A DNA stretch of 64,000 bases from an uncultured Candidatus Saccharibacteria bacterium (GCA_964621595.1 CAZUPO010000002.1:12047-76046), one strand, 5' to 3'; shown: positions 49,710-59,177, numbered from the stretch's first letter. The notes: generated by a model not told the origin, from the letters alone. Translations and numbers: made by a program.

Positions 49710-50351
49710 ATGCAACGCCTTATCATCGCGGCGATCCTCGTCGCGAGCGCCCTCCTCGGAGGGTGCGCAGGGATGCCCGGGTTTGGAGATACGGGTGCAG
49801 TTGGGGGTGAGGTCATTACCCTGCGCTGCGCAGATCCCGACCCCGGCTATCGCGGACTACCCAACGGAAGTTGGGTGAAGGGCCCCTGCTACAACTGGCA
49901 GGTCGCAGAGCCCGGCCACACCGGGGGATATACCCGCCAGATCAGAACGGGCTCCAGCAACGCATGCCGTACGGCGATGGAAGTCGCAGGGATCGGTGTT
50001 GGGGTTGGTGTTGGTGCCCTGTCCACCACGCAGAAGAACAGGCTGGCTGGCATGCTCATTGGTGGAGCCGTCGGGTACGGGGGTGGTTACCTCATCGGTA
50101 ACACCTTCTGCAGCAAGAACACCGTCGAGGGTATCCTCGCCGGTGGTGGTACTCGGCCCTCCGTCAAGTACTACGACGGGGCGCCGACGGTCAAAGGGGG
50201 TGTGACCTGCGCCCTCCGCCACAACGACCGGCTGGTCGCCGACTTCTTCGACAAGAAGAAGAACCCGGAGGGTATCGAGATTCCCTCTCAGGGCGCAGGC
50301 GAGCAGTGCCGGGCCGCCATCGAGCGAGTCCGGAAGCAGGCGGGGATCTAA
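49710..50351 (+). CDS. Lipoprotein with glycine-zipper motif (SlyB/17-kDa-antigen-like), GC-rich cassette 5
   Basis: Lipobox LLGGC after the signal peptide. GIGVGVGVGALS...GMLIGGAVGYGGGYLIGN glycine zipper. SD AAGGAGAG 6 nt before ATG. Confidence 0.6.
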   Translation: MQRLIIAAILVASALLGGCAGMPGFGDTGAVGGEVITLRCADPDPGYRGLPNGSWVKGPCYNWQVAEPGHTGGYTRQIRTGSSNACRTAMEVAGIGVGVGVGALSTTQKNRLAGMLIGGAVGYGGGYLIGNTFCSKNTVEGILAGGGTRPSVKYYDGAPTVKGGVTCALRHNDRLVADFFDKKKNPEGIEIPSQGAGEQCRAAIERVRKQAGI

Positions 50352-50374
50352 TTCCCGCCGCGAGCAACAACTTC

Positions 50375-50410
50375 GAGGCTGGGCCCTGTGCCCAGCCTCT
50401 TTCATTTTTA
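50375..50410 (+). terminator. Rho-independent terminator
   Basis: GAGGCTGGGC-CCTGT-GCCCAGCCTC perfect 10-bp stem followed by TTTCATTTTTAT. Confidence 0.7.
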
Positions 50411-50477
50411 TATAAAAGCATTGCAAAATAAGGATTTTTTAGTACCCAATCCCAAAAGAGTAAAGTATAAATAGGGG

Positions 50478-50506
50478 TTGACAAATAGAACTGAACCTGA
50501 TATAAT
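50478..50506 (+). promoter_or_regulatory. Perfect-consensus sigma70 promoter (TTGACA-N17-TATAAT)
   Basis: -35 at 50478-50483, -10 at 50501-50506. The 118-nt leader has two GACTTAAGTT direct repeats (50515-50524 and 50541-50550) and a CCGCGGA-TAT-TCCGCGG hairpin at 50589-50605, abutting the SD. Confidence 0.55.
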
Positions 50507-50624
50507 ATACCCATAGACTTAAGTTAGTGGAAGATAGTTCCGGACTTAAGTTGTCTCGTTCCCCATCAACCTCATCAACAAAACCCAAACCGCGGATATT
50601 CCGCGGAGAAAGAAGGAGATCACC

Positions 50625-51314
50625 ATGTTTGGATACTTGCGCGCGCTGCAAGGCGCGCACAACACGCAGTGGCAAGGTCAGGCGCGCGGCCGTTTCGGCC
50701 GTCGCGCGGGGGCGATCACCTTCTGGGCGATCGTCATCCTCATCCTCCTGCTGTCCCTCTGGGGCAGCTGGAAACTCTCGTCCGCGGCCAACAACCAGGA
50801 CGAGCTGGTAGCGAACCTGCGCCAGCAGGTCACTACCCTGACCGGCGCGGACACCCGCGCCACCGTCTGCCAGACGGAGCTTGACAAGAGCAATACCGAA
50901 CTGAAGCAGGTGAAGTCCTTCTTCCCCGAGGGGGTCAACCTCGAGGGGGTCAAGAAGGCCTGCGCGGTTCTCACCCCGGCAGGTCCGACCAGGACCTCGG
51001 TCCCGACCGGTAGCGGCCGTGCGGCTCCCACCGCTCCGACCAACGCCGCGTGTACCACCTGCGCCTCCCCGGCGCAGACCATCCGCGTGGTGTTGGAGCA
51101 ACAACCCGCGCCGGCGCCCGCCACCCCGGTGGCGCAGCGCGAGGAGCCGAAGGCGCCGGTCGTCGAGATGAAGCCGTGCACGTACTACGTGAACGGCGTC
51201 TCGAAGGCAACCACCAGGTTACCCGAAGGTTCGTCCTTCGAATCGGAGTGCCGCCGCTGGACCGACGGCCTCGCGGCCGCCGGCAAAAAGAAATTCTCCA
51301 ACCAGGTGGACTAA
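50625..51314 (+). CDS. Membrane-anchored coiled-coil / Pro-Ala-rich hypothetical protein, GC-rich cassette 6
   Basis: Basic N-terminus, TM AITFWAIVILILLLSLWGSW, coiled-coil, Pro/Ala/Thr-rich linker, Cys-containing C-terminus. SD AAGGAGA. Confidence 0.55.
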   Translation: MFGYLRALQGAHNTQWQGQARGRFGRRAGAITFWAIVILILLLSLWGSWKLSSAANNQDELVANLRQQVTTLTGADTRATVCQTELDKSNTELKQVKSFFPEGVNLEGVKKACAVLTPAGPTRTSVPTGSGRAAPTAPTNAACTTCASPAQTIRVVLEQQPAPAPATPVAQREEPKAPVVEMKPCTYYVNGVSKATTRLPEGSSFESECRRWTDGLAAAGKKKFSNQVD

Positions 51315-51346
51315 GGATCCACCTAGGGGGTCACAAACCCCCACTC

Positions 51347-51385
51347 AAGCCGCCAGCGCACCCCGCCGGCGGCTTCTCTTTTTGC
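51347..51385 (+). terminator. Rho-independent terminator (preceded by a second small hairpin GGGGGT...ACCCCC at 51326-51342)
   Basis: AAGCCGCC-(14-nt loop)-GGCGGCTT followed by CTCTTTTT. Confidence 0.55.
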
Positions 51386-51388
51386 CTA

Positions 51389-51417
51389 TTGACATTTCTA
51401 AATAAAGATAGTATAAT
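51389..51417 (+). promoter_or_regulatory. Perfect-consensus sigma70 promoter (TTGACA-N17-TATAAT) for the surface-repeat protein gene
   Basis: -35 at 51389-51394, -10 at 51412-51417. AT-rich leader with no SD, unlike the two upstream cassettes. Confidence 0.55.
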
Positions 51418-51467
51418 ATAAGAACTAAAGTAAATTTAACACCCATAAGTTGAATTAATTTAAACAC

Positions 51468-53477
51468 ATGAAAAACAAAATTATTAAAGCAAACATCGTA
51501 ACCGCAGTCCTTTTCACGGGCATTTTTATGCTTGCTGTTGGAACCGCGTCTGCGCAGTCTGATGGTTTTGGATATAACTACGTAGATGTACCAAGTGGTT
51601 ATAACTATGTAGATACTTCTGACTACGGAACAACGAATGTAAATTCAGGAACAGGCTACAACTATGTAGACACTACTACTGCCCCTTCGACATCGTTTGG
51701 CTACAACTATGTAGATTCTTCATCCCCATCAACAACTTTTGGTTATAACTATGTAGATAGTACAGATAATTCTGGTTATGGAACGACAAATGTCTATACA
51801 AACACACCAACGGTTGGATACACAGGATCATCGTTCCTCAGCGGCTTCGGAGGACTTAGTGGATTTGGATACACTCCTTCCTACTACTCTTCTGGTATTG
51901 GATACACAACATATGGGTATACCAACTACGGATCTAATCCAACAACACAGTGTCCTTCAGGAACCAATTATGTAAATGGTGTATGTCAGCCAAATACACA
52001 GTGTCCTTCTGGTACCAACTATGTAAACGGCGTGTGTGTTCCGACAACACAATGTCCAGCAGGAACAACCTACAGCAATGGATCATGTGTTGTTAACTCA
52101 GTAAGTTGTCCATCAGGAACAACCCTTGTGAACGGAGCGTGTGTTGTAAATACAACCACATGTCCAGCGGGCACAACTCTTGTAAATGGTGTATGTACTA
52201 CAAACATCACTACTTGTCCCGCAGGAACAACTCTCATAAACGGTGTATGTACAACTAATATAATTACTCCTACGTATGTATGTCCAAATGGAACGACAGT
52301 AAACTACTCATACCAGTGTCCTACGACAACATACACATATCAAACATGTTGGGACGGAACAACTATTCCACTTAACTCAGTATGTCCTAATCAGTACAAA
52401 CTTTGTCCAAACGGAACAAGTATCCCTGTTAACCAAACATGTTACTACGGAACAACATACACATACGCTGTTCCTCAAACTATTATCAAGTTCAACAATG
52501 TTGTAACATCTCCTGCAACACAGGTGACAAACAACTCAGGTCGTTGTAACGGTATCGGACTTATCGCAAACGGCGCTGCGTCAACTGGATGGTTCGAATA
52601 CGGAGAAACATCATCTCTTGGTCGCGAAACAGCGCATGCGTCCATCGGCAACAACCACACTGCACCATTCTCTAACCTTCTTACAAACCTCAAGCCAAAT
52701 ACTCGCTACTACTGTCGCGCTGTAATGCAGAATCAGTATGGAGTTGTAAAAGGGGAGATCGTTGGATTCACTACAAAGGGAACAAAAGTTACATACGTAA
52801 CCCCAGTTGTAAAAACAGTTGTTAAAAAGGTTGAAAAGAAGCCAGAAGTAACTTGTACAGACGGCACAACTTCATGGGTAAAGAACGGATCTGCAACGGT
52901 AACCTCTACTGTACAAGGAGATAAGTTGGTAGCACTCACCGTTGATAACACATTCTCTCGTTACGCAGCAGGATCACCAATAACATACAAGATCTCATAC
53001 AAGAATCTATCAGATTCTACTCTCACAGGAGTTCTTGTCTCAGTGGTTCTTCCAGCAGAAATCGAAATTACAAGCGCAAGTGCTGGTACCTACGATGTAA
53101 TGACTCGTACCCTTACAGCGAATGTCGATATTCTCGGAGCACGCAGTGAAGGAACAATCACCATCGAAGGCGTTGTATCAAAAGATGCATCTATCGGTAA
53201 GAGTGTCGTTACAACTGGATACATTGTTTACACCGTACCAAGTACAAAACTTCAAGACGAAGTTACTGCGTATACTGTCGGATCAATCTCCCCAAGTGAT
53301 GCAACTCTCAAGTCAGATACAGGTGCAAAGAAGGTGTACGATCTAGGCGGAAGTGAACGTAGTTTCCTACCAAACACTCTCGTGGAATGGTTAGCACTCA
53401 TCGCAATTGTCTTCATCGTATTCATCCTTGCACGAAGCATTTATCTCTCTTACCAGGGAGATAAAGAAGGACACTAG
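51468..53477 (+). CDS. Large cell-surface repeat protein with C-terminal TM anchor
   Basis: Signal peptide. Six GYNYVD-containing repeats. About eight Cys-bracketed repeats (QCPSGTNYVNGVC / TCPAGTTLVNGVC). C-terminal hydrophobic anchor LALIAIVFIVFILARS. Confidence 0.6.
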   Translation: MKNKIIKANIVTAVLFTGIFMLAVGTASAQSDGFGYNYVDVPSGYNYVDTSDYGTTNVNSGTGYNYVDTTTAPSTSFGYNYVDSSSPSTTFGYNYVDSTDNSGYGTTNVYTNTPTVGYTGSSFLSGFGGLSGFGYTPSYYSSGIGYTTYGYTNYGSNPTTQCPSGTNYVNGVCQPNTQCPSGTNYVNGVCVPTTQCPAGTTYSNGSCVVNSVSCPSGTTLVNGACVVNTTTCPAGTTLVNGVCTTNITTCPAGTTLINGVCTTNIITPTYVCPNGTTVNYSYQCPTTTYTYQTCWDGTTIPLNSVCPNQYKLCPNGTSIPVNQTCYYGTTYTYAVPQTIIKFNNVVTSPATQVTNNSGRCNGIGLIANGAASTGWFEYGETSSLGRETAHASIGNNHTAPFSNLLTNLKPNTRYYCRAVMQNQYGVVKGEIVGFTTKGTKVTYVTPVVKTVVKKVEKKPEVTCTDGTTSWVKNGSATVTSTVQGDKLVALTVDNTFSRYAAGSPITYKISYKNLSDSTLTGVLVSVVLPAEIEITSASAGTYDVMTRTLTANVDILGARSEGTITIEGVVSKDASIGKSVVTTGYIVYTVPSTKLQDEVTAYTVGSISPSDATLKSDTGAKKVYDLGGSERSFLPNTLVEWLALIAIVFIVFILARSIYLSYQGDKEGH

Positions 53478-53521
53478 GAGAAACAATAAATGCCTTATGT
53501 GAGCCAGTGTCAATAAGAAAA

Positions 53522-53550
53522 ACGAGCCCCGCAATAAGGGCTCGTTTTTC
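53522..53550 (+). terminator. Rho-independent terminator after the surface protein gene
   Basis: ACGAGCCC-CGCAATAA-GGGCTCGT followed by TTTTTC. Overlapped by the GTG-initiated track ORF 53507, which is therefore probably over-extended. Confidence 0.6.
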
Positions 53551-53569
53551 TATGGTATTATTGGATGAT

Positions 53570-54028
53570 ATGAGAGAGGTTTTTGTTGTTACAGAGGGGG
53601 ATATCAAAGAACTTGCCGAGAAGGTTTTTTCGATTGTTCGCGCTGATTCGACACCGAGTGCCAAGGTGCTTTTTCTCGAGGGAGAACTCGGCTCAGGAAA
53701 AACAACATTCACAAAAGAATTTGCGGAATTACTCGGCATACCGAAAGAAGATGTTATGAGTCCAACATTTATTCTCAAAAAAGAGTATCCTGCACACTCC
53801 CCACACTTTCGAAAACTCATCCACGTAGATGCGTATCGATTTGCAACCCCAGAAGAAGGCAAGGTTCTTAGGTTAGAAGAGGATGCGCAGAATCCAAACA
53901 CCGTCCTAGCGATCGAGTGGCCAGCGCGCCTGCGGGGCATACGTCCGCAGATGCGCATTATGTTCGAGACGGTTGATGATACAACGCGAGAGGTAACGCT
54001 TATATATGGAGAGGACGCACATGACTAA
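53570..54028 (+). CDS. tsaE: tRNA threonylcarbamoyladenosine biosynthesis protein TsaE (YjeE)
   Basis: P-loop FLEGELGSGKTTFTK at the position expected for TsaE. Start placed at MREVFVV, after the terminator. Alternative ATG at 53552. Confidence 0.7.
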   Translation: MREVFVVTEGDIKELAEKVFSIVRADSTPSAKVLFLEGELGSGKTTFTKEFAELLGIPKEDVMSPTFILKKEYPAHSPHFRKLIHVDAYRFATPEEGKVLRLEEDAQNPNTVLAIEWPARLRGIRPQMRIMFETVDDTTREVTLIYGEDAHD

Positions 54029-56372
54029 GAAGTTTACAAACACCGTTGTTTTGCTCGACGCTCACGCGATACTCCACCGCGGATTCCATGCGATGCAGGG
54101 TTTTGCAACTCGTGATGGGAGACCAACAGGGGCGCTCTACGGATTTCTCACGATGGTTCTTAGAATCTACGAAGATATAAAGCCCAACTACATTGCAGCG
54201 TGTTTTGATTTGCCTAAGCCAACATTTCGTCACACAAGCTATGACGGTTACAAAGCTGGACGACAAAAAGCAGACGACGCTCTCATTGAACAGATCCAAG
54301 AATCGTACAAACTTTGTGAAGCGCTCTCTATACCCGTGTATACAGCGGAAGGATTCGAGGCGGATGATCTCCTTGGTACTCTTGCGGAGCAACTAAAGAA
54401 AGATCCAAACACGCGAGTAATAATTGCAAGTGGGGATATGGACACATTTCAACTCATTGATGGTACAAAAGTACTCGTCTATACAATGCGCAAAGGAAAC
54501 GAGACGGCGCTATATTCTCGCAAAGAGGTGATTGAACGTTTTTCTTTTCCACCAGAACACATACCGGATTACAAGGCTTTCGCGGGCGATAGTTCTGACA
54601 ATATTATTGGGATTGCGGGTATTGGTGACAAGACGGCGACGGAACTTATCAAACATTATGGAACAGTTGAAAGTGTTTATAAGGTTCTAAAAAAAGACCG
54701 AAACAAACTTCTTCAGGATGGATTCAAGGAGCGGGTTGTTGGGCTACTCGAGCAAGGGGAGGACGACGCCCTCTTTTCTAAAACACTTGCAACCATTCGA
54801 CGAGATGCACCGGTCACCTACGCACACCAAGACAAAGAGTGGTTGCGTAGTATTGATCTAGAAACATACAAAGCAATGTGTGAGAAATACGAATTTCGTT
54901 CTCTTCGTTCACGACTAGAACAGTTGCGCGGGGAGGGGATACAACTTCCAGAAGATAAAGAAGAAGAGGCGGTAGAGGTATCTCAAGAGGACCTAGAAGA
55001 GTTGAGGGTTATGGTGAACCTTCTTCACAGTGAGATGACAAATGCGCCACTTGATGAGATACAGCGGGTTACGGGTAAAAAAGATGTCGCAGGGATGAAA
55101 GAATTTCTAACGAAGAGTCTCGAAGATGAAGGGTTATATGATCTTTTTATAACCATGGAAAAACCTCTCATGGCATGTGTGCGCGAGATGGAGGTAAACG
55201 GGATCACCGTTGATGTTGATCTTCTGAAAGAGATGAGCAAACTTCTCCACAAAGAAGTAAAAACGCTCGAGAAAAAGATTCACACTCTCGCTGGGGAAGA
55301 ATTTAACATCGCTTCCCCAAAACAACTCGGAGAAGTGTTGTATGAAAAACTGGCCCTTGGGACAAAGATAAAAAAGACAAAGACGGGTCAGAAGAGCACA
55401 GGTGTGCACGAACTTGAGAAGATTGTGGGAGAACATGAAATAGTCCCGCTTATTATTGAGTACCGAGAACTAACAAAACTACTCTCTACATACATAGACA
55501 CCCTACCAACATACGTGAAAGAGGATGGGCGGATTCATGCACATTTTGTGCAGACGGGGGCAGCAACCGGGCGCTTTAGTTGTGAGGATCCTAATTTGCA
55601 AAACCTACCAATAAAAAGTGAGTTGGGACAAAAGGTAAGAGGGGCATTTGTTGCACCAAAAGGAAAAGCACTTCTCTCGTGTGACTACGGGCAAATAGAC
55701 TTGCGTTCTGCCGCCATTCTTTCACAAGATGAAAATCTGCTCGATATTTTTAAGAAGGGAATAGATGTTCACACAGGAACAGCAGCGAGAGTCTTTGGTG
55801 TAAAAGAAGACAAGGTAACACCAGAGATGCGTCGCAAAGCAAAGACTATTAACTTCGGGATCCTCTATGGCATGGGAGTGACCTCACTGAAAGAAGGTAT
55901 GGGGGTGGAGAGAAAGGAGGCGCAGGAGTTCTACGATCAATACAAATTTACATTTTCGAAACTCATGAATTATCTCGAAGAAGTGAAGGCATATGCATGG
56001 AAGCACGGGTACACCACAACCCTCTTTGGGCGCAGACGAGAGATACCACTTCTCAAGAGCCCTCTGCCATACTTGCGAGCACAGGGAGAGCGCATCGCCA
56101 TTAACGCTCCGATTCAAGGAACAACAGCGGACATTATCAAACTCGCCCTACTTGATGCGAAAGAATACATCACAGAAAAAAATTTAGAAGATGATGTAAA
56201 AATTTTGCTTCAAATTCACGATGAACTTATTTTTGAAATTGTAGAATCAAAAAAGGACACAATCGGAAAAGAGCTTGTAACCGTGCTGGAGAACGTTTTA
56301 CACAAACGAGGTATCGACAGTGTCCCGCTCCTTGTATCGTGTTCAGTTGGTAAGAACCTTCAAAAACTTTAA
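54006..56372 (+). CDS. polA: DNA polymerase I
   Basis: N-terminal 5'-3' exonuclease (VVLLDAHAILHRGFHA). C-terminal pol motifs (RRKAKTINFGILYG, QIHDELIFE). Confidence 0.9.
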   Translation: MERTHMTKKFTNTVVLLDAHAILHRGFHAMQGFATRDGRPTGALYGFLTMVLRIYEDIKPNYIAACFDLPKPTFRHTSYDGYKAGRQKADDALIEQIQESYKLCEALSIPVYTAEGFEADDLLGTLAEQLKKDPNTRVIIASGDMDTFQLIDGTKVLVYTMRKGNETALYSRKEVIERFSFPPEHIPDYKAFAGDSSDNIIGIAGIGDKTATELIKHYGTVESVYKVLKKDRNKLLQDGFKERVVGLLEQGEDDALFSKTLATIRRDAPVTYAHQDKEWLRSIDLETYKAMCEKYEFRSLRSRLEQLRGEGIQLPEDKEEEAVEVSQEDLEELRVMVNLLHSEMTNAPLDEIQRVTGKKDVAGMKEFLTKSLEDEGLYDLFITMEKPLMACVREMEVNGITVDVDLLKEMSKLLHKEVKTLEKKIHTLAGEEFNIASPKQLGEVLYEKLALGTKIKKTKTGQKSTGVHELEKIVGEHEIVPLIIEYRELTKLLSTYIDTLPTYVKEDGRIHAHFVQTGAATGRFSCEDPNLQNLPIKSELGQKVRGAFVAPKGKALLSCDYGQIDLRSAAILSQDENLLDIFKKGIDVHTGTAARVFGVKEDKVTPEMRRKAKTINFGILYGMGVTSLKEGMGVERKEAQEFYDQYKFTFSKLMNYLEEVKAYAWKHGYTTTLFGRRREIPLLKSPLPYLRAQGERIAINAPIQGTTADIIKLALLDAKEYITEKNLEDDVKILLQIHDELIFEIVESKKDTIGKELVTVLENVLHKRGIDSVPLLVSCSVGKNLQKL

Positions 56373-56382
56373 GTCACACCCT

Positions 56383-57012
56383 ATGTTGTACGTACTTGTT
56401 GGCACAGATCAAACAAAACGAAAAGAAGCATACGAAAAACTCGCACATCTTGGTCGGGTTACCAACCATATTTACAGCGAGCATGTTTCGCTTGTGGAGC
56501 CGCTCATCGACGCAACAAGCCTCTTCGGGGATCGCATTGTGGTTCTTATGATACAAACCCTTGAGAACGCTGCACAAAGAGAAATTGTTACAGAACTTCT
56601 ACCCAAATTACAAAAGTCCTCAAACATTTTCATTATCGACGAGCCGCTTGCTGATGCTAATCGGGTGAAGTCTCTTCAAAAGCACGCACAAGAACTCTAT
56701 GATGCGCGCCCGCCGAAACGCAAGGATGTTGATCTGTTCACAATTTGTTCACTACTTGAAAGGAGAGACAAGAAAGAGGTATGGCTGGAGTGGCGAAAAA
56801 TTTCTCCGCTTGAAACAGGGGAGGCACTACAGGGTATTCTTTGGTGGAAATGGAAAACAGTGTGGGAGAACACACTTCTCGGGCGCCCTAGTAAATATAC
56901 AAAAGAAGAATGTGAATTTTTTGGAGGAAAACTGTTACGTGCCCCAATACGGGCTCATCGTGGTGAAGGGGACCTAAAACTTATTTTGGAAGAAATCATT
57001 TTGTCTATATAA
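56383..57012 (+). CDS. Hypothetical protein, weakly DNA polymerase III delta (HolA)-like
   Basis: Start taken at MLYVLVGTDQ, just after the polA stop. N-terminal clamp-loader-like segment. Weak evidence. Confidence 0.3.
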   Translation: MLYVLVGTDQTKRKEAYEKLAHLGRVTNHIYSEHVSLVEPLIDATSLFGDRIVVLMIQTLENAAQREIVTELLPKLQKSSNIFIIDEPLADANRVKSLQKHAQELYDARPPKRKDVDLFTICSLLERRDKKEVWLEWRKISPLETGEALQGILWWKWKTVWENTLLGRPSKYTKEECEFFGGKLLRAPIRAHRGEGDLKLILEEIILSI

Positions 57013-57019
57013 TACAACC

Positions 57020-57616
57020 ATGAAACAACAAGTACTAGTTATTCACGGCGGAACCGCATTCGCTTCCTATGAGCAGTATCTAGACTATCTTACAAAGAAG
57101 GAGATAACCCTCGAGAGACTTCTTTCTAAGGGGTGGAAAGAAATGCTACAAGAGAAACTGGGTAGCGACTATCAGGTCTTTACTCCAACCATGCCCAACG
57201 GTAGTAATGTTCATTACATAGAGTGGAAGATAATGTTCGAAAAAATATTACCCCTCCTCGATGACAGCCTTATCCTCATAGGACACTCCCTCGGAGGAAT
57301 ATTTTTAATGAAATATCTTTCAGAAAACACAACTACAAAAACCATCACGAAACTTATTGTAGTTGCGCCACCATTTGATAACGCTTCCGGTGAAGACTTG
57401 CAAGAATTTGCTTTGAACAAAGAAGTACTTCGTACTTTGCATACAAGGGTAGGGAAAATCGTACTGTATCAGAGCAAGGATGATGTTGTTGTCCCGCCAG
57501 AGAATGCAGAGCACTACAAAGACTTCATTGAAGGGCTAGAATTAAAGATGTTTGAAGATAGGGGGCATTTCACCACAGAAAACTTTCCAGAAATTGTGGA
57601 AGAGGTGAAGGGGTAG
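57020..57616 (+). CDS. Alpha/beta-hydrolase family serine hydrolase (YdeN/RBBP9-like)
   Basis: VLVIHGG...GHSLGG nucleophile elbow. C-terminal His-containing segment. Confidence 0.6.
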   Translation: MKQQVLVIHGGTAFASYEQYLDYLTKKEITLERLLSKGWKEMLQEKLGSDYQVFTPTMPNGSNVHYIEWKIMFEKILPLLDDSLILIGHSLGGIFLMKYLSENTTTKTITKLIVVAPPFDNASGEDLQEFALNKEVLRTLHTRVGKIVLYQSKDDVVVPPENAEHYKDFIEGLELKMFEDRGHFTTENFPEIVEEVKG

Positions 57617-57631
57617 GAAACACTTTACATA

Positions 57632-58300
57632 TTATCTTTTTTCAACTACTTCAACCCGAGAAGGATTACGAAGGATACGAATAAATTTATACTTAAAACG
57701 ACCAGTGAGGTGTTTTATTACTTGTTTTGCAACCCAAGAGGGATCGAGCATTGTAGACGCCCCTCGTGGACTTTTTTCCCAAAACCTAGTATTCATTCCA
57801 GCTGGCCCAGCAACAAGAACCTTCCCAAGGCGATCATCTAGTGATAAAGAGTTAGATAACATACCCAGCCCTGCTTTTACAGCAGTGTATACAGGTTCAA
57901 GTAGACGAGGGGTCCACTGAGATGTTGATGTAACGGCAATGAAGTTATCAAGAGACCTTTGTTTAGTGAGAATTTTTTTAATAAGTAGTATTGGAGCAAG
58001 AAGTCCAACATGAATCATTGCATCCACATCATCTCTACGCAGATCAGTCAGCGTTCCTTCTTGATAAAATCCCGCAGCGTAAACAAGGATATCTATATGG
58101 GGGAGTTTTGTGACGAGGGAGGAAATATCTTTTTCTACCGTTTTCTTATCAAGATTAATTTTAAAAAATATACAAACTTTACTGCGCGGATCACGTCTTC
58201 CAGTAATAAAAACACGATGTGTTTTTGCTAAAAGTAAAGCAATCTCAAGACCGAGTCCAGAACTTCCGCCAACAATAAGAGCAACTTGTTCCTTCTTCAT
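57632..58300 (-). CDS. Short-chain dehydrogenase/reductase (SDR) family oxidoreductase
   Basis: Start taken at MKKEQVALIVGGSSGLGLEIA (TGxxxGxG-type Rossmann motif). YxxxK-like YTAVKAG. Confidence 0.8.
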   Translation of the reverse strand: MKKEQVALIVGGSSGLGLEIALLLAKTHRVFITGRRDPRSKVCIFFKINLDKKTVEKDISSLVTKLPHIDILVYAAGFYQEGTLTDLRRDDVDAMIHVGLLAPILLIKKILTKQRSLDNFIAVTSTSQWTPRLLEPVYTAVKAGLGMLSNSLSLDDRLGKVLVAGPAGMNTRFWEKSPRGASTMLDPSWVAKQVIKHLTGRFKYKFIRILRNPSRVEVVEKR

Positions 58301-58433
58301 TTTTTTATTGTAACAGAAACTACTAATTCTCCAAAAAATACAGTGTTTTACTGTTGTGTGTAATGAAAACACTCATTAAACTAGCATTCTAAATCAAATT
58401 GAAGAGATTTCTCTTTAGTTTTTGTTTTACCGT

Positions 58434-58454
58434 TGTGCCCCCAGCAGGAATCGG
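58434..58454. repeat. 21-bp direct repeat identical to the 3' end of tRNA-Lys (59175..59195); candidate att-site remnant
   Basis: TTGTGCCCCCAGCAGGAATCG is identical at both sites. The flanking sequence does not fold into a tRNA. Confidence 0.6.
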
Positions 58455-58575
58455 TCACAAATCTGCCTCGTCGCTGACTTCTCGAAGCAGATTCGCGACC
58501 CCGTTCGAGTATGAAGCCCTCAGTTCAATTAATATAAAAAGAAAGAGCGCTGATTAAGCGCTCCACCAACTCGAG

Positions 58576-58965
58576 TCATGGGACTGAGTTGACAATTTTT
58601 TCTGGGACACTGAAGAATAAGATTACCCATCTAAGTGGGTTAATGTCTTCCAGGTATTCTCGATGTACCCAGTCGTTGTACGTATATGTCTCAGGCATTG
58701 GCCTACGTCGCACCAGATCTGTGTGCACCGGAGCAACCATACCATTTTCACGGCGTCCTTTGAACGTTCGTATGTTGCGCATTCTGAGCCAATTCTTGTA
58801 CCTTCTGCGCCTATAGGATTTTGTGGTGAATACGTAGTACAATTTTAATCCAAATGGCTCAAGAATGAAGTAAACCAAAGGGGAAGTTACAAGTCCGAGT
58901 GTCCCGGCAAAAAAATAGACGATGAAAAACACCACAAGATTAAACCTGTTCATGCTTTGCTCCAA
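58576..58965 (-). CDS. Hypothetical small membrane protein with Arg-rich tail, inside the repeat-bounded segment
   Basis: 129-aa ORF. Two hydrophobic helices, then an RRRRYKNWLRMRN basic region. Confidence 0.3.
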   Translation of the reverse strand: MEQSMNRFNLVVFFIVYFFAGTLGLVTSPLVYFILEPFGLKLYYVFTTKSYRRRRYKNWLRMRNIRTFKGRRENGMVAPVHTDLVRRRPMPETYTYNDWVHREYLEDINPLRWVILFFSVPEKIVNSVP

Positions 58966-59177
58966 TCAAAAAACAAGTTAATATATATTAACACTATTAA
59001 AACATCTTGTCAACTATCTGTGGGGTGAATTCAACCCTCAAGTATAACAATATTTCCTCTTAGAATTGTTCCAACTTCATACCAAACCCTCAGAGCCGAA
59101 GACTTGTATTCGATTACTGACAAAAGCCAAGCAGTTAGTTTTTTCTGTTTGCACATAATTTGTTGCACAAATTTTTG

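Noticed and set aside
51315-51330. GGATCC (BamHI) immediately after the stop codon of the 50625..51314 gene plus a nearby CCTAGG, considered as a cloning scar
   Set aside because: It is a single occurrence in a 64-kb window. Such 6-mers are expected by chance in GC-rich DNA, so it is not sufficient evidence of engineering on its own.
51468-52500. Periodic short repeats (GYNYVD units, CPSGT units) as a CRISPR-like array
   Set aside because: The repeats are in-frame within one long ORF with a signal peptide, and the spacers are codon-structured. They are protein tandem repeats, not CRISPR.
58400-58520. Second tRNA-Lys gene, possibly intron-containing
   Set aside because: Only the last 21 nt match the tRNA 3' end. 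No complementary 5' acceptor strand, D-arm or anticodon arm can be drawn from the flanks. It is treated as a repeat or att remnant.
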